Source: Myxococcota bacterium (GTDB taxonomy: Bacteria; Myxococcota_A; UBA9042; PHBI01; JACKFB01). Taken from it: a DNA stretch of 64,000 nt. Where the stretch lies: contig JBNJGB010000032.1 of the NCBI GenBank assembly GCA_051747385.1, forward strand, positions 8,152-72,151, in the 5' to 3' direction. The notes under the pieces were generated by a model. The model was given only the letters and a program-made list of their open reading frames with translations. It made no database searches and was not told the DNA's origin. Below, one piece after another: positions 38,065 through 45,981 of this stretch. Position 1 is the first letter of the stretch; each line of letters opens with the position of its first letter. Both the position numbers and the translations under genes were made by a program.

Positions 38065-39024
38065 CTAGGGGAGCCCGGCGGACTGCCGCTGGAGGTCCAG
38101 GATCTCCCGGTGCAGGGCGCGGACCAGCGCCATGCCCAACTCCGTGTCGTCCTCGAAGACGTCCATCATGCCGGCGGCGTCGCTCTCCAGGGCCACGAGC
38201 GGGGACAGGGTGGTGGCCGTGCCCCAGCGGGGCCGCTCGGCGAGGGCGGTCAGGACCCCGGCGGCGCTGTACGCGCGATAGCGCATGGCGCGGTCCTCCT
38301 CGGGGGTGACGGCGCGGATCTCGCCGCAGACCACGAACAGGACGCGATCGGCCCGGTCGCCCCGCCGCCAGAGCGTCTCGCCCGCGGGCACGCGGATCTC
38401 CGTCAGGCGGCGCGCCCACCCGGCCAGGGAGTCGACGCTGGCTCCCCGGAAGACCGGCATCCTTCGCAGGAAGAGCAGCCGCTCGACCAGGTCCAGGTCG
38501 CAGGCGGGGCAGGGCAGGTCCGGGACGGTCATGCGTCCCGGGATGATACGCTCGGTGTACAGCTTCGACAGCTCGTCCAGGGCCGCCCCGGCGCCCGTGC
38601 GGAGGAAGCCCTGGAGCAGGGGGAAGTGCTCCTCGAGCAGCTCGAAGAAGACCTCGGCCGGGATCTCCAGGGCCAGCACGCGCGTCGTCGCCACCGCCCG
38701 GCGGCCCTCGGACGTGCCCGCCAGCAGCGCCAGGACTCCGACCCCGTGGCCCGGGCGCACGGTGACCACGGGGCGGCCGCGCTCGGAGACCTCCACCTGC
38801 CCTTCGGCGACGATGCGCAGGGCGTCGGGCGGCCGGCCGGGCTCCTGCACCACCGCCCCACGGGGATAGGTCCGGGTGCGGGCGTGGCGCGCGAACACGT
38901 CCACGGCCTCCGGCGGCAGGGCCGAGATGGTGGGCAGGCTCCCCAGGAGCAGGCTGCGCTCGTAGGCGCCCAGCTCCGTGCGGCCCATCTCCGGCGCGGC
39001 GGCTCCCGGTGCGCTAGTCGGCAT
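38065..39024 (-). CDS. protein with two tandem cyclic-nucleotide-binding (Crp-like effector) domains, no DNA-binding domain
   Basis: 319 aa from MPTSAPGAA (residue 181 of ORF 38065..39564). CNB1 ...GAVVQEPGRPPDALRIVAEGQVEVS...FFELLEEHFPLLQG. CNB2 ...GETLWRRGDRADRVLFVVCGEIRAV. The ORF part upstream of this Met is W/S/R-rich junk. Confidence 0.7.
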   Translation of the reverse strand: MPTSAPGAAAPEMGRTELGAYERSLLLGSLPTISALPPEAVDVFARHARTRTYPRGAVVQEPGRPPDALRIVAEGQVEVSERGRPVVTVRPGHGVGVLALLAGTSEGRRAVATTRVLALEIPAEVFFELLEEHFPLLQGFLRTGAGAALDELSKLYTERIIPGRMTVPDLPCPACDLDLVERLLFLRRMPVFRGASVDSLAGWARRLTEIRVPAGETLWRRGDRADRVLFVVCGEIRAVTPEEDRAMRYRAYSAAGVLTALAERPRWGTATTLSPLVALESDAAGMMDVFEDDTELGMALVRALHREILDLQRQSAGLP

Positions 39025-41758
39025 GGGCGGTCCTCCGCGTCCCGTGCTCGTGGCGTCCGTGGCCCCGCAAGAGCTCCAGGGCCCGGCGCAGCACCTCCCG
39101 CGTGGGCTCGTCCTCCTCGCCCTCCCGCTCCGCGAGGGTCTCCAGGTGCGGCAGGAAGTGCTCCATGCGCAGCTCGCCCACGTGATACGCGGTGAGCCCC
39201 CGCAGGGAGCCCGTGCCGCTGCAGAGCATCTCCTCCATGAGCGCCTCGTAGTCGGCGGGCGGGGGCGGAGCCCAGTCACCCCCCAGGGCCAGGCGCTCCT
39301 CGAGGTCCCCGTCGCCCACCAGGGCCAGCAGCGGATCCCGCAGCCGCGGCCCCACCACGTAGTCCAGCAGCTCCAGGCTGCTGGCGCGGGTCCGGCGCGC
39401 CGGCGAGAACAGCCCGTGGTGGACGCGCTCCAGGTCCTCGTAGGGGTTGAGGAGTCCCAGCAGGCGGAAGATGCGCTCCACGGCGTGGACGAGCTTGTCG
39501 CGCACCAGACCCAGGAGGAGCTCGTGGCCGACCGTCCGCCGCGCGGGCTCCTCGCGCGTGCCAAGCTCCAGGCCCTGCTGCCAGCGCAGCAGCATGAAGG
39601 CGCGCTCCAGCTCCAGGTCCAGCGCGGCGCGGACGGGGGCCTCGTCGAGCCGCATCTCCGGGTGGTCGGCGCGGATCCGGCCGAGGCCCCGCAGGATCTT
39701 GTAGCGGAGCATGGAGGAGGGCTCCTCGCCCAGGTGGCGGACGAGGATCGGCGCGGCGGCCTCGGCCGGGAAGCGGCTGATCGTCCTCGGCAGGTGCTCG
39801 CGGACGGCCCGCGGCAGCGACGGTTCGCGGAGGGCCCGCTCGAGGTGGGCCAGGGCCTCGTCGCCGTATCCCAGCAGGGCGCGTCGGGCCGGCGGGCGGG
39901 TCGTCCGGTGGCCGAGCATGTCCACCAGGACGTCCAGGAAGGCCGGATCCCCGACCGCGCCCATGGCGTCGGCCACCGCAGCGCGGACCTCCGGCACCGG
40001 ATCCCCCGCCAGGTCGAGCAGCAGCGGAGCGAAGCGTGGGTGGGGGCGGTGTGCGACGGCGGCCGCGATGGCCTCGCGGGCGCCCGGTACGTCCGCGCAG
40101 GTCAGTCGCTCCAGGAGGCGACGGCTCTCGTCCTCGTCCAGGTGCTCCGAGGCCACCAGGCCGACGCAGGCGGTGGCCCGCACGGGCAGGTCCGGGTCGT
40201 CCGACAGGGCCTCCAGGCGCTCCGGGTCGGTCGCCACGGTGAGCCGCGCGCGCAGGGCCGCGACGCGCACGGGCCCCTCCCCGTGGAGGACCAGCCGATC
40301 GGCGAGGGACAGGAAGTCCGTCCGCCCCGCCTCGGCGAACAGGTCCAGGGCCCGCATCACGATGGCCTCGGAGGGGTGGTGCAGGATGAGGGCCGGGATC
40401 AGGTCCACCCGCTCCGCCCGGGCCAGGAGGTTCATGGCCGCGAGGACCTCCGCGTCGTCGGCGCTGTTGAGCGCCCGGATCAGGGCCTCCAGGGACACCA
40501 GGTCCAGCTCCGGCAGGCTCGAGCGTGTCTCGATGGCGCCCTCCCGGAGCGTGCTGCGGAAGAGATCCAGATAGGGCCGGCGCAGGCCGAGGCCGACCGC
40601 GATCCACGCGATGCACAGCGTCACCACTCCCACGACGATCCAGGTGGCGTCCCCACCCACGGCGATCACAGCTAGGATGAGCAGGGAGGCCAGGGCCTGG
40701 CTCCCCCGGTGGCCCACGACGTCGAAGAAGTTCTTCGCGTGGCGCCGGAGGTGCGGCGGGATGGGCAGGTAGAGGACCTCGACGGCCGTCCGGTGGAGCG
40801 AGTGCTTCAGGGTCCCGTCCACGGCCAGCAGGATCAGCGCCGCCACCAGCCCGCCGCCGGCGAGGATGCCGGTCGCCGCCAGCACCAGGAGCATGGGAAA
40901 GAGCAGCACGGCCCGCTGGACGCCCAGCTTGCGGATGGCGACGCCCGTGAGCATCACCTGGGCGAGCATGGCGAGCAGGTTGAGGCCGATGTAGACGTTC
41001 GCGAAGAAGCGGCCGAGGTCCGCCTCCTGCACGTGCGCGTCCACCTGGGCCATGAAGACCCAGTCCACCAGCTTGAGGGCGACCGTCGACAGGACGACCA
41101 GCAGCCCCAGGCGCGCGATGAAGGGGTGCGCCGCGATGGCCCGGACGCACGCCCGGAGGTCCGGGCTGCCCGGAGCGGGGCTCTCCGCCGCCGTGGCCCG
41201 GCTCAGGAGCAGGGGGCCGGCGGTCGCGAGGGCGAGCAGCCCCGCCGCGGCGAGGAGGAGCACCTCGGGAGGCCACCAGGTGGTGAGGAGCCGGGCGATG
41301 GCCGCGCCCGCGACGGCACCCGTCAGGCTGCCCGCGCCTATGAGCCCGTACAGGCGCTTGGCCTCCGTGACCGTGAAGAACTGCCCGAGGAGCAGCCAGA
41401 GGCGGGTCACGGCCAGGGTGGCGAAGACCCCCGCCCAGACGTACAGCGCGTAAAGCACCCACGGCCCGCCGCGCTCCACGAGCGGCAGGAATCCCGCCGT
41501 GACGGCCGCGGACAGCCCCAGCCAGCCGGCCACGGCCCGGCGGCTCCACACGGAGACCTGCATGGCCACGGCCATGGAGGCGCCGGCGATGGCCAGGTAG
41601 ACCCAGGGGAGCTGCTCCGGCGCCAGGCTCGCCAGGAACAGGGCGTCCCGGGCGGTGTCCACCAGGACGAAGCCGGCCAGGACCAGGAAGAGGGTCCCGG
41701 TGGCGACGAAGACGTTCCGGCGCTCGTGGGAGCGGACTGTGGGGAGCAGGCGCGGCAC
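39014..41758 (-). CDS. TLC-type (ATP:ADP antiporter/Npt family) transporter fused to C-terminal HEAT-repeat domain
   Basis: GTG start (MPRLLPTVRSHERRNVFVATG...). About 12 TM helices with the TLC signature FFTVTEAKRLYGLIGAGSLTGAVAGAAI (compare TVDEAKRFYALFGLG of Rickettsia Tlc). The C-terminal about 450 aa are HEAT repeats (DPDLPVRATACVGL, DPVPEVRAAVADAMGAVGDP). The stop lies 5-7 nt from the CNB gene start. Confidence 0.7.
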   Translation of the reverse strand: MPRLLPTVRSHERRNVFVATGTLFLVLAGFVLVDTARDALFLASLAPEQLPWVYLAIAGASMAVAMQVSVWSRRAVAGWLGLSAAVTAGFLPLVERGGPWVLYALYVWAGVFATLAVTRLWLLLGQFFTVTEAKRLYGLIGAGSLTGAVAGAAIARLLTTWWPPEVLLLAAAGLLALATAGPLLLSRATAAESPAPGSPDLRACVRAIAAHPFIARLGLLVVLSTVALKLVDWVFMAQVDAHVQEADLGRFFANVYIGLNLLAMLAQVMLTGVAIRKLGVQRAVLLFPMLLVLAATGILAGGGLVAALILLAVDGTLKHSLHRTAVEVLYLPIPPHLRRHAKNFFDVVGHRGSQALASLLILAVIAVGGDATWIVVGVVTLCIAWIAVGLGLRRPYLDLFRSTLREGAIETRSSLPELDLVSLEALIRALNSADDAEVLAAMNLLARAERVDLIPALILHHPSEAIVMRALDLFAEAGRTDFLSLADRLVLHGEGPVRVAALRARLTVATDPERLEALSDDPDLPVRATACVGLVASEHLDEDESRRLLERLTCADVPGAREAIAAAVAHRPHPRFAPLLLDLAGDPVPEVRAAVADAMGAVGDPAFLDVLVDMLGHRTTRPPARRALLGYGDEALAHLERALREPSLPRAVREHLPRTISRFPAEAAAPILVRHLGEEPSSMLRYKILRGLGRIRADHPEMRLDEAPVRAALDLELERAFMLLRWQQGLELGTREEPARRTVGHELLLGLVRDKLVHAVERIFRLLGLLNPYEDLERVHHGLFSPARRTRASSLELLDYVVGPRLRDPLLALVGDGDLEERLALGGDWAPPPPADYEALMEEMLCSGTGSLRGLTAYHVGELRMEHFLPHLETLAEREGEEDEPTREVLRRALELLRGHGRHEHGTRRTAHAD

Positions 41759-42031
41759 GGATCCCTCGGCGACGGTCGCCCCGAAGTCTGCCCGATGGGT
41801 CCGCCCCGGGCCAGGGGCGAACGGCGGGCCGGGAGCGAACCGCGGGCCGGGGGAATCCCCGGCGCGCGGACTGCGTCTACCGCAGTCGGGGGGGGCCGGG
41901 CTAAGCTGCGGGAGGACGGGTTCGGAGTATGTCCGCGCAGACCACGGGGTCGGGAATGGCCCCGTGGACGGCGGCGTTGCATTGTCGAGGCCGACCCCGT
42001 CCCCGTCCATCCTGCGGCCCGGAGAACCACG

Positions 42032-42754
42032 ATCTACACGCAACCGCTCAGGATCCTGGTGGTCGAGGACGACGAGGTCGATCGGATGGCGATGCGCCGC
42101 GCGCTGAAGCGCTCGGAGATACCGTTCGTCCTCGAGGAGGCGGCCGATCTCCGGCAGTCGGACGGGCACATCGCCGGCGGGGAGCTGGACTGCATCCTGC
42201 TCGACCTGCGCCTGCCGGACGGCGACGGCTTCTCCCTGCTGGATCGGGCCCGGGCCGAGCCGGAGTCCTGGCCGCCCCTCATCGTGCTCACCGGCGTCGA
42301 CGACACGCCCACCGGGATCGAGGCCATGCGCCGGGGTGCGGAGGACTACCTGGTGAAGGGCCAGGTCAGCGGAGATCAGCTCGTCCGCGCGATCCGCTAC
42401 GCCATCGAGCGTCATCGCCTGCGCCGGACCCTGGCGGACCGGGTCCGCGAGCTGGAGGAGCTGATGGAGCGGGTGCAGACCCTGGAGGGGTTGCTGCCCA
42501 TGTGCTCCTGGTGCAAGTCCATCCGCGACAACGAGAACTACTGGCTGTCGGTGGAGGAGTACCTGGAGCAGCACTCCGAGGCCACGTTCAGCCACGGCAT
42601 CTGCCCGAAGTGCTACGAGGCGCACATCGAGCCCGAGCTGAAGGACGGCGAGGGGCCCCGCTCCCGAGGGCGTCGCTTCACGCCTCGGGACGTCGAGAGC
42701 GCCTCGTCGGCCCGCCGGACCAGGCTCGGGACCCCGTCGGCGGAGGGCGACTGA
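42032..42754 (+). CDS. response regulator (receiver domain) with C-terminal CxWC...HGICPxC domain; start codon uncertain (non-canonical)
   Basis: Receiver LRILVVEDDEVDRMAMRRAL...ILLDLRLPDGDGF...LIVLTGVDD...YLVKG, then LLPMCSWCKSIRDNENYWLSVEEYLEQHSEATFSHGICPKCYEA. No ATG/GTG/TTG precedes strand beta1 in frame. ATC at 42032 (GGAG 7 nt upstream) and ATT at 41981 are the only start-like codons. Confidence 0.55.
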   Translation: MYTQPLRILVVEDDEVDRMAMRRALKRSEIPFVLEEAADLRQSDGHIAGGELDCILLDLRLPDGDGFSLLDRARAEPESWPPLIVLTGVDDTPTGIEAMRRGAEDYLVKGQVSGDQLVRAIRYAIERHRLRRTLADRVRELEELMERVQTLEGLLPMCSWCKSIRDNENYWLSVEEYLEQHSEATFSHGICPKCYEAHIEPELKDGEGPRSRGRRFTPRDVESASSARRTRLGTPSAEGD

Positions 42755-42780
42755 GGCGTCCCGCCCCGGGCACGAAAAAG

Positions 42781-42813
42781 GGCGGAGCCCCTCGCGAGAC
42801 CCCGCCCTCCGTC
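42781..42813 (-). terminator. intrinsic terminator for the RRM gene (GC hairpin GGGCGGGGTCTCGCGAGGGGCTCCGCCC followed by TTTTT on minus strand)
   Basis: Stem-loop plus T5 run located 20 nt after the RRM gene stop. Confidence 0.55.
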
Positions 42814-42831
42814 AGCGCTCCGGGCGCCGGG

Positions 42832-43125
42832 CTACCAGCGGTTCCGCCCGCCGCCTCCGCCTCCGCCTCCGCCCCCGCGGCGATCGTGCGCCTCGTTGAC
42901 GCGGATGCTCCGGCCGTCCAGGGACGTGCCGTCCATGTCCTCCATCGCGGCCTTGCCGGCCGCCGGGTCCTCGTAGGTCACGAACCCGAAGCCCCGGGAA
43001 CGACCCGTCTCCCTGTCAGTGATGACCTTGGCCTCGACGATGTCGCCGAACTCGGAGAACGCCTGTCCCAGACCCTCGTCCGTGGTGTCCCAGCTCAGCC
43101 CACCCACAAACAGCTTCTTCGGCAT
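42832..43125 (-). CDS. RRM-type glycine-rich RNA-binding protein
   Basis: 97 aa MPKKLFVGGLSWDTTDEGLGQAFSEFGDIVEAKVITDRETGRSRGFGFVTYEDP (RNP2 LFVGGL, RNP1 RGFGFVTY) plus a G12/RNRW tail. The remainder of the 508-aa ORF is junk. Confidence 0.85.
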   Translation of the reverse strand: MPKKLFVGGLSWDTTDEGLGQAFSEFGDIVEAKVITDRETGRSRGFGFVTYEDPAAGKAAMEDMDGTSLDGRSIRVNEAHDRRGGGGGGGGGGRNRW

Positions 43126-43143
43126 CTTCTCTCTCTCTCTTCG

Positions 43144-43204
43144 GACGGTCGTGCCGTCCCTGCCGCGGATCGCATCCGCGCTCTGTGCGATCCCTGCGGA
43201 TCGC
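43144..43204 (-). promoter_or_regulatory. structured 5' leader of RRM gene: three tandem short hairpins plus (GA)n tract abutting the ATG
   Basis: GACGGtcgtgCCGTC, CGCGGATcgcATCCGCG, GCGATCCctgcGGATCGC (GCGGATCGC occurs twice), then CTCTCTCTCTCTC (GAGAG... on the mRNA) next to the start. Confidence 0.35.
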
Positions 43205-43353
43205 GGACAAGGAGATGTGGCCCGGCCGGCGCGCGCGCCAGATCCGAACACACACTCCGAACTCAAGGAAGGATCCACGGGTAGCCGATCTCCGAGGGAG
43301 CTGCAAGGGGGAGACGCTGGCCGCGCCTCGCGCGGTCTGTTATCAGGGCGTCC

Positions 43354-44085
43354 ATGAGCGAACCGAAGGTCACTCCGATCCCGTGCCTGAGCGACAACTA
43401 CGCCTACCTCGCGATCTGCCCCGAGACGCGCGAGGCGGCGGTCGTCGACCCCTCCGAGGCCGCGCCGGTCGAGCGCGCGGTCCGCGACGCCGGCGTGACG
43501 CTGAAGGCCATCCTGAACACCCACCACCACTGGGATCACGTCGGGGGCAACGAGGAGCTCCTCGCGGCCCGGCCCGACCTGGCGGTGTACGGTCACACCT
43601 CGGACGAGGGGCGCATCCCGGGGCAGACGGTCCTCCTCGAGGACGGCGACACGGTGCGGATCGGCCTCGCGGAGGCCGGGATCCGGCACGTCCCGGGCCA
43701 CACGCTGGGCGCCGTGGCGTACTGCTTCGACGGGCACGTCTTCACCGGGGACACCCTCTTCCAGGGGGGCTGCGGCAAGCTCTTCGAGGGCACGCCCGAG
43801 ATGATGTATCGCTCCCTCGTGGAGGTGCTCGCCGGCGGCCTGCCCGGGGATATCCGCGTGTGGTGCGGACACGAGTACACGGTGAAGAACCTCGAGTTCG
43901 CCTGCTCCGTGGAGCCGGACAACGTGGCCGCCCGGGACCGCCTCGAGTGGGCGCGCGCCCGCCGCGCCGAGGGCCTCCCCACCATCCCGTCGACCCTGGA
44001 CGACGAGAAGGCCTTCAACCCCTTCGTCCGGACCCGGAGCCCGGAGGCCCTGGCCGATCTCCGGCGCAGGAAGGACGTGTTCTAG
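43354..44085 (+). CDS. gloB: hydroxyacylglutathione hydrolase (glyoxalase II)
   Basis: 243 aa, metallo-beta-lactamase fold THHHWDHVGG, GHT, C-terminal HAGH domain (TVKNLEFA...NPF). Confidence 0.85.
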   Translation: MSEPKVTPIPCLSDNYAYLAICPETREAAVVDPSEAAPVERAVRDAGVTLKAILNTHHHWDHVGGNEELLAARPDLAVYGHTSDEGRIPGQTVLLEDGDTVRIGLAEAGIRHVPGHTLGAVAYCFDGHVFTGDTLFQGGCGKLFEGTPEMMYRSLVEVLAGGLPGDIRVWCGHEYTVKNLEFACSVEPDNVAARDRLEWARARRAEGLPTIPSTLDDEKAFNPFVRTRSPEALADLRRRKDVF

Positions 44086-45041
44086 GCGGCCGCGTCGGCC
44101 TTCGCCGCGTCGTCCGCGGGCTCTCCGATCGGGTGGTCGTCGCTGCCGTCCTCGGCGAGGCAGCCGAGGTGCCGGAACGGGTCCTCGAGGATGGCGAGGG
44201 CGGTGCGGATGCCGATCCCGGCGTTCAGGCCGTCCTCGACGCGCTCGTCGAAGGTGAAGCGGATCGGGAGGACCTTGCGCGCGACCACCTCGCCGTCCTC
44301 GACGATCGCCCGCTCCTCGATGGCTCCCACCATCATGAACAGGGGGGAGGTGCCCCACTCGTAGAGGTGGTGATAGCCCGCCTTCATCCCGAGGCTGCCC
44401 AGGTTCGCGATGAACAGGCTCGTGAACATGGCGTCGTTTTCGATGAAGCTCTTGGGCAGGAGGTTGTAGTAGTCGAGGGTCTTCAGCGCGCGGACCCCCA
44501 GGCGGAGCACCGGGCGGGGGATGCGGTTGAGGAGCGCGAACTCCTTGTCCTGGTAGGTCTTCTTGCCCGAGCGTTCCACCTCGATGGACTCCTGGAGCCG
44601 CTGGCAGAAGCCGTAGAACGTCTCCTCGCCGGGATCGATGCGCTTCTTCACCGCGGACAGCTTCGCCTTCCGGCCCTTCTTCTGCCGCTTCATGCTGAAG
44701 GAGATCCAGATGCCGTCGCGCTGGTAGAGGCGCCGGCCCACCGCGAAGCGGTTCATGGTGGGGTTCTCGTGGAACGCGCGGGCGGTGGCCGCCACGAGGC
44801 AGTGCGTCACGTCCACGTGGAAGCGCTTACGGGCCTCCTGGAGGTACTCGAGCAGCCTGTCGGCCACCACGTACTCGTCGAAGTACACCACCGACTCGTT
44901 CCGGGTCGGCATGATGAACTGCATGAGGCGGCGGTACGGGTGCACCCGCCCGATGTGCGTCCCGTCCGGGCGCGACGTCTTCAGGTTCAGGAGCAGCAGC
45001 ACCGCGGCCACCGCCGCGATCACGATGAGGAACGTCGTCAT
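44082..45041 (-). CDS. 2-oxoacid dehydrogenase E2-type acyltransferase catalytic-domain-like protein (CAT-like fold), single N-terminal TM
   Basis: 319 aa with an N-terminal hydrophobic helix, then a catalytic-domain-like region (...LPIRFTFDERVEDGLNAG...) where the canonical H of HxxxDG is replaced. Convergent 4-nt overlap with gloB (CTAG). Confidence 0.6.
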   Translation of the reverse strand: MTTFLIVIAAVAAVLLLLNLKTSRPDGTHIGRVHPYRRLMQFIMPTRNESVVYFDEYVVADRLLEYLQEARKRFHVDVTHCLVAATARAFHENPTMNRFAVGRRLYQRDGIWISFSMKRQKKGRKAKLSAVKKRIDPGEETFYGFCQRLQESIEVERSGKKTYQDKEFALLNRIPRPVLRLGVRALKTLDYYNLLPKSFIENDAMFTSLFIANLGSLGMKAGYHHLYEWGTSPLFMMVGAIEERAIVEDGEVVARKVLPIRFTFDERVEDGLNAGIGIRTALAILEDPFRHLGCLAEDGSDDHPIGEPADDAAKADAAA

Positions 45042-45121
45042 GGGCGACCTCCGGCGAGCCGATGCCGGCTACGTTCGTCCATCGACGGGCGGCCGTCAAT
45101 GAACGCCGGGGGAGCGCGCGG

Positions 45122-45898
45122 CTACTCCGTGTCCTCCGCGAGGGCCGTGCAGAGCTTCGCCGCGGTCCCGGGCAGCCCCAGGGCGCAGCCGGTCCAGCCG
45201 GGATCGACCGCCTCGCAGTCCTCGACCGTGGAGCACTTCGGGACGACGTGCTTGAGGCTTCCCTGGCTTCCGGGCGGAACCAGGCACTCGTAGACGTCCT
45301 CCTCGTCCTCGGTGAGGCGGCTCGCCTCCCGTTCGTTGCAGTCGCACCCGCGCGTACAGAAGCCGAACAGGTCGTTGGTGAGGTTGCCGTCCTCGCCGGG
45401 CAGCAGGCACTCGCCGTAGGCGCACTCCAGGTCGTGCTCGCAGGCCGCGCCGATGGGCTTCGCGTCCTGCTTCTCGCCGAAGGGATAGGCGCAGCACGTG
45501 CTGGCGTCGCAGCTCATGCACTGGCCGTCGAGGCAGTTGGACTCCTCGCCGCAGGTGCCGCACAGGCCGCCGCAGCCGTCGAAGCCGCACGCCTTGCCCT
45601 CGCAGTCGGGGTGGCACTCGGCGCCGTCCGGGAGGATGACGACGTCGGGGGTCGTATCCTCGGGTGCGTCTTCGGAGATGTCGGAGACGTCCGCCGGGGA
45701 CTGGCACGTGCACGCCGCCCACGTCCCGTAGGCGCCGCACACCTGCGTCCCCGCCGCGCCGCCGTCGCACGTGCACGGCTGCGTGTCTCCCCGGGCGCAC
45801 TCCGTCGCCGCCTCTCCGCCGTCGTCGCCGTCGCACGCCCCGAGCAGGGCCGTCAGGCCCAGCGACACGAGCACGGCCAGCCTCCGGACCTCGCGCAT
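45122..45898 (-). CDS. secreted cysteine-rich lipoprotein
   Basis: 258 aa from MREVRRLAVLVSLGLTALLGAC (lipobox) with a GGGAGGTGGAGG RBS. About 38 Cys, including the module CHPDCEGKACGFDGCGGLCGTCGEESNC, homologous to the module in the 8058..9614 protein. Confidence 0.65.
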   Translation of the reverse strand: MREVRRLAVLVSLGLTALLGACDGDDGGEAATECARGDTQPCTCDGGAAGTQVCGAYGTWAACTCQSPADVSDISEDAPEDTTPDVVILPDGAECHPDCEGKACGFDGCGGLCGTCGEESNCLDGQCMSCDASTCCAYPFGEKQDAKPIGAACEHDLECAYGECLLPGEDGNLTNDLFGFCTRGCDCNEREASRLTEDEEDVYECLVPPGSQGSLKHVVPKCSTVEDCEAVDPGWTGCALGLPGTAAKLCTALAEDTE

Positions 45899-45981
45899 CC
45901 TCCACCTCCCACGTCGGGAGGGGAGGATGCCCCAGGGGGCCCGGACGCCGCAACCGCGCGGCTCCGGCTCCCAGGAGCCTG

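Noticed and set aside
44082-44085. Overlapping convergent stop codons CTAG between gloB and the acyltransferase gene
   Set aside because: A trivial 4-nt palindromic overlap, not a feature of note.
45899-45981. sigma54 (-24/-12) promoter upstream of the Cys-rich lipoprotein and acyltransferase genes
   Set aside because: Manual scanning found only off-spacing matches (for example TGGACGaacgTAGC with an 11-nt rather than 12-nt GG-GC spacing). Nothing convincing without a PWM scan.
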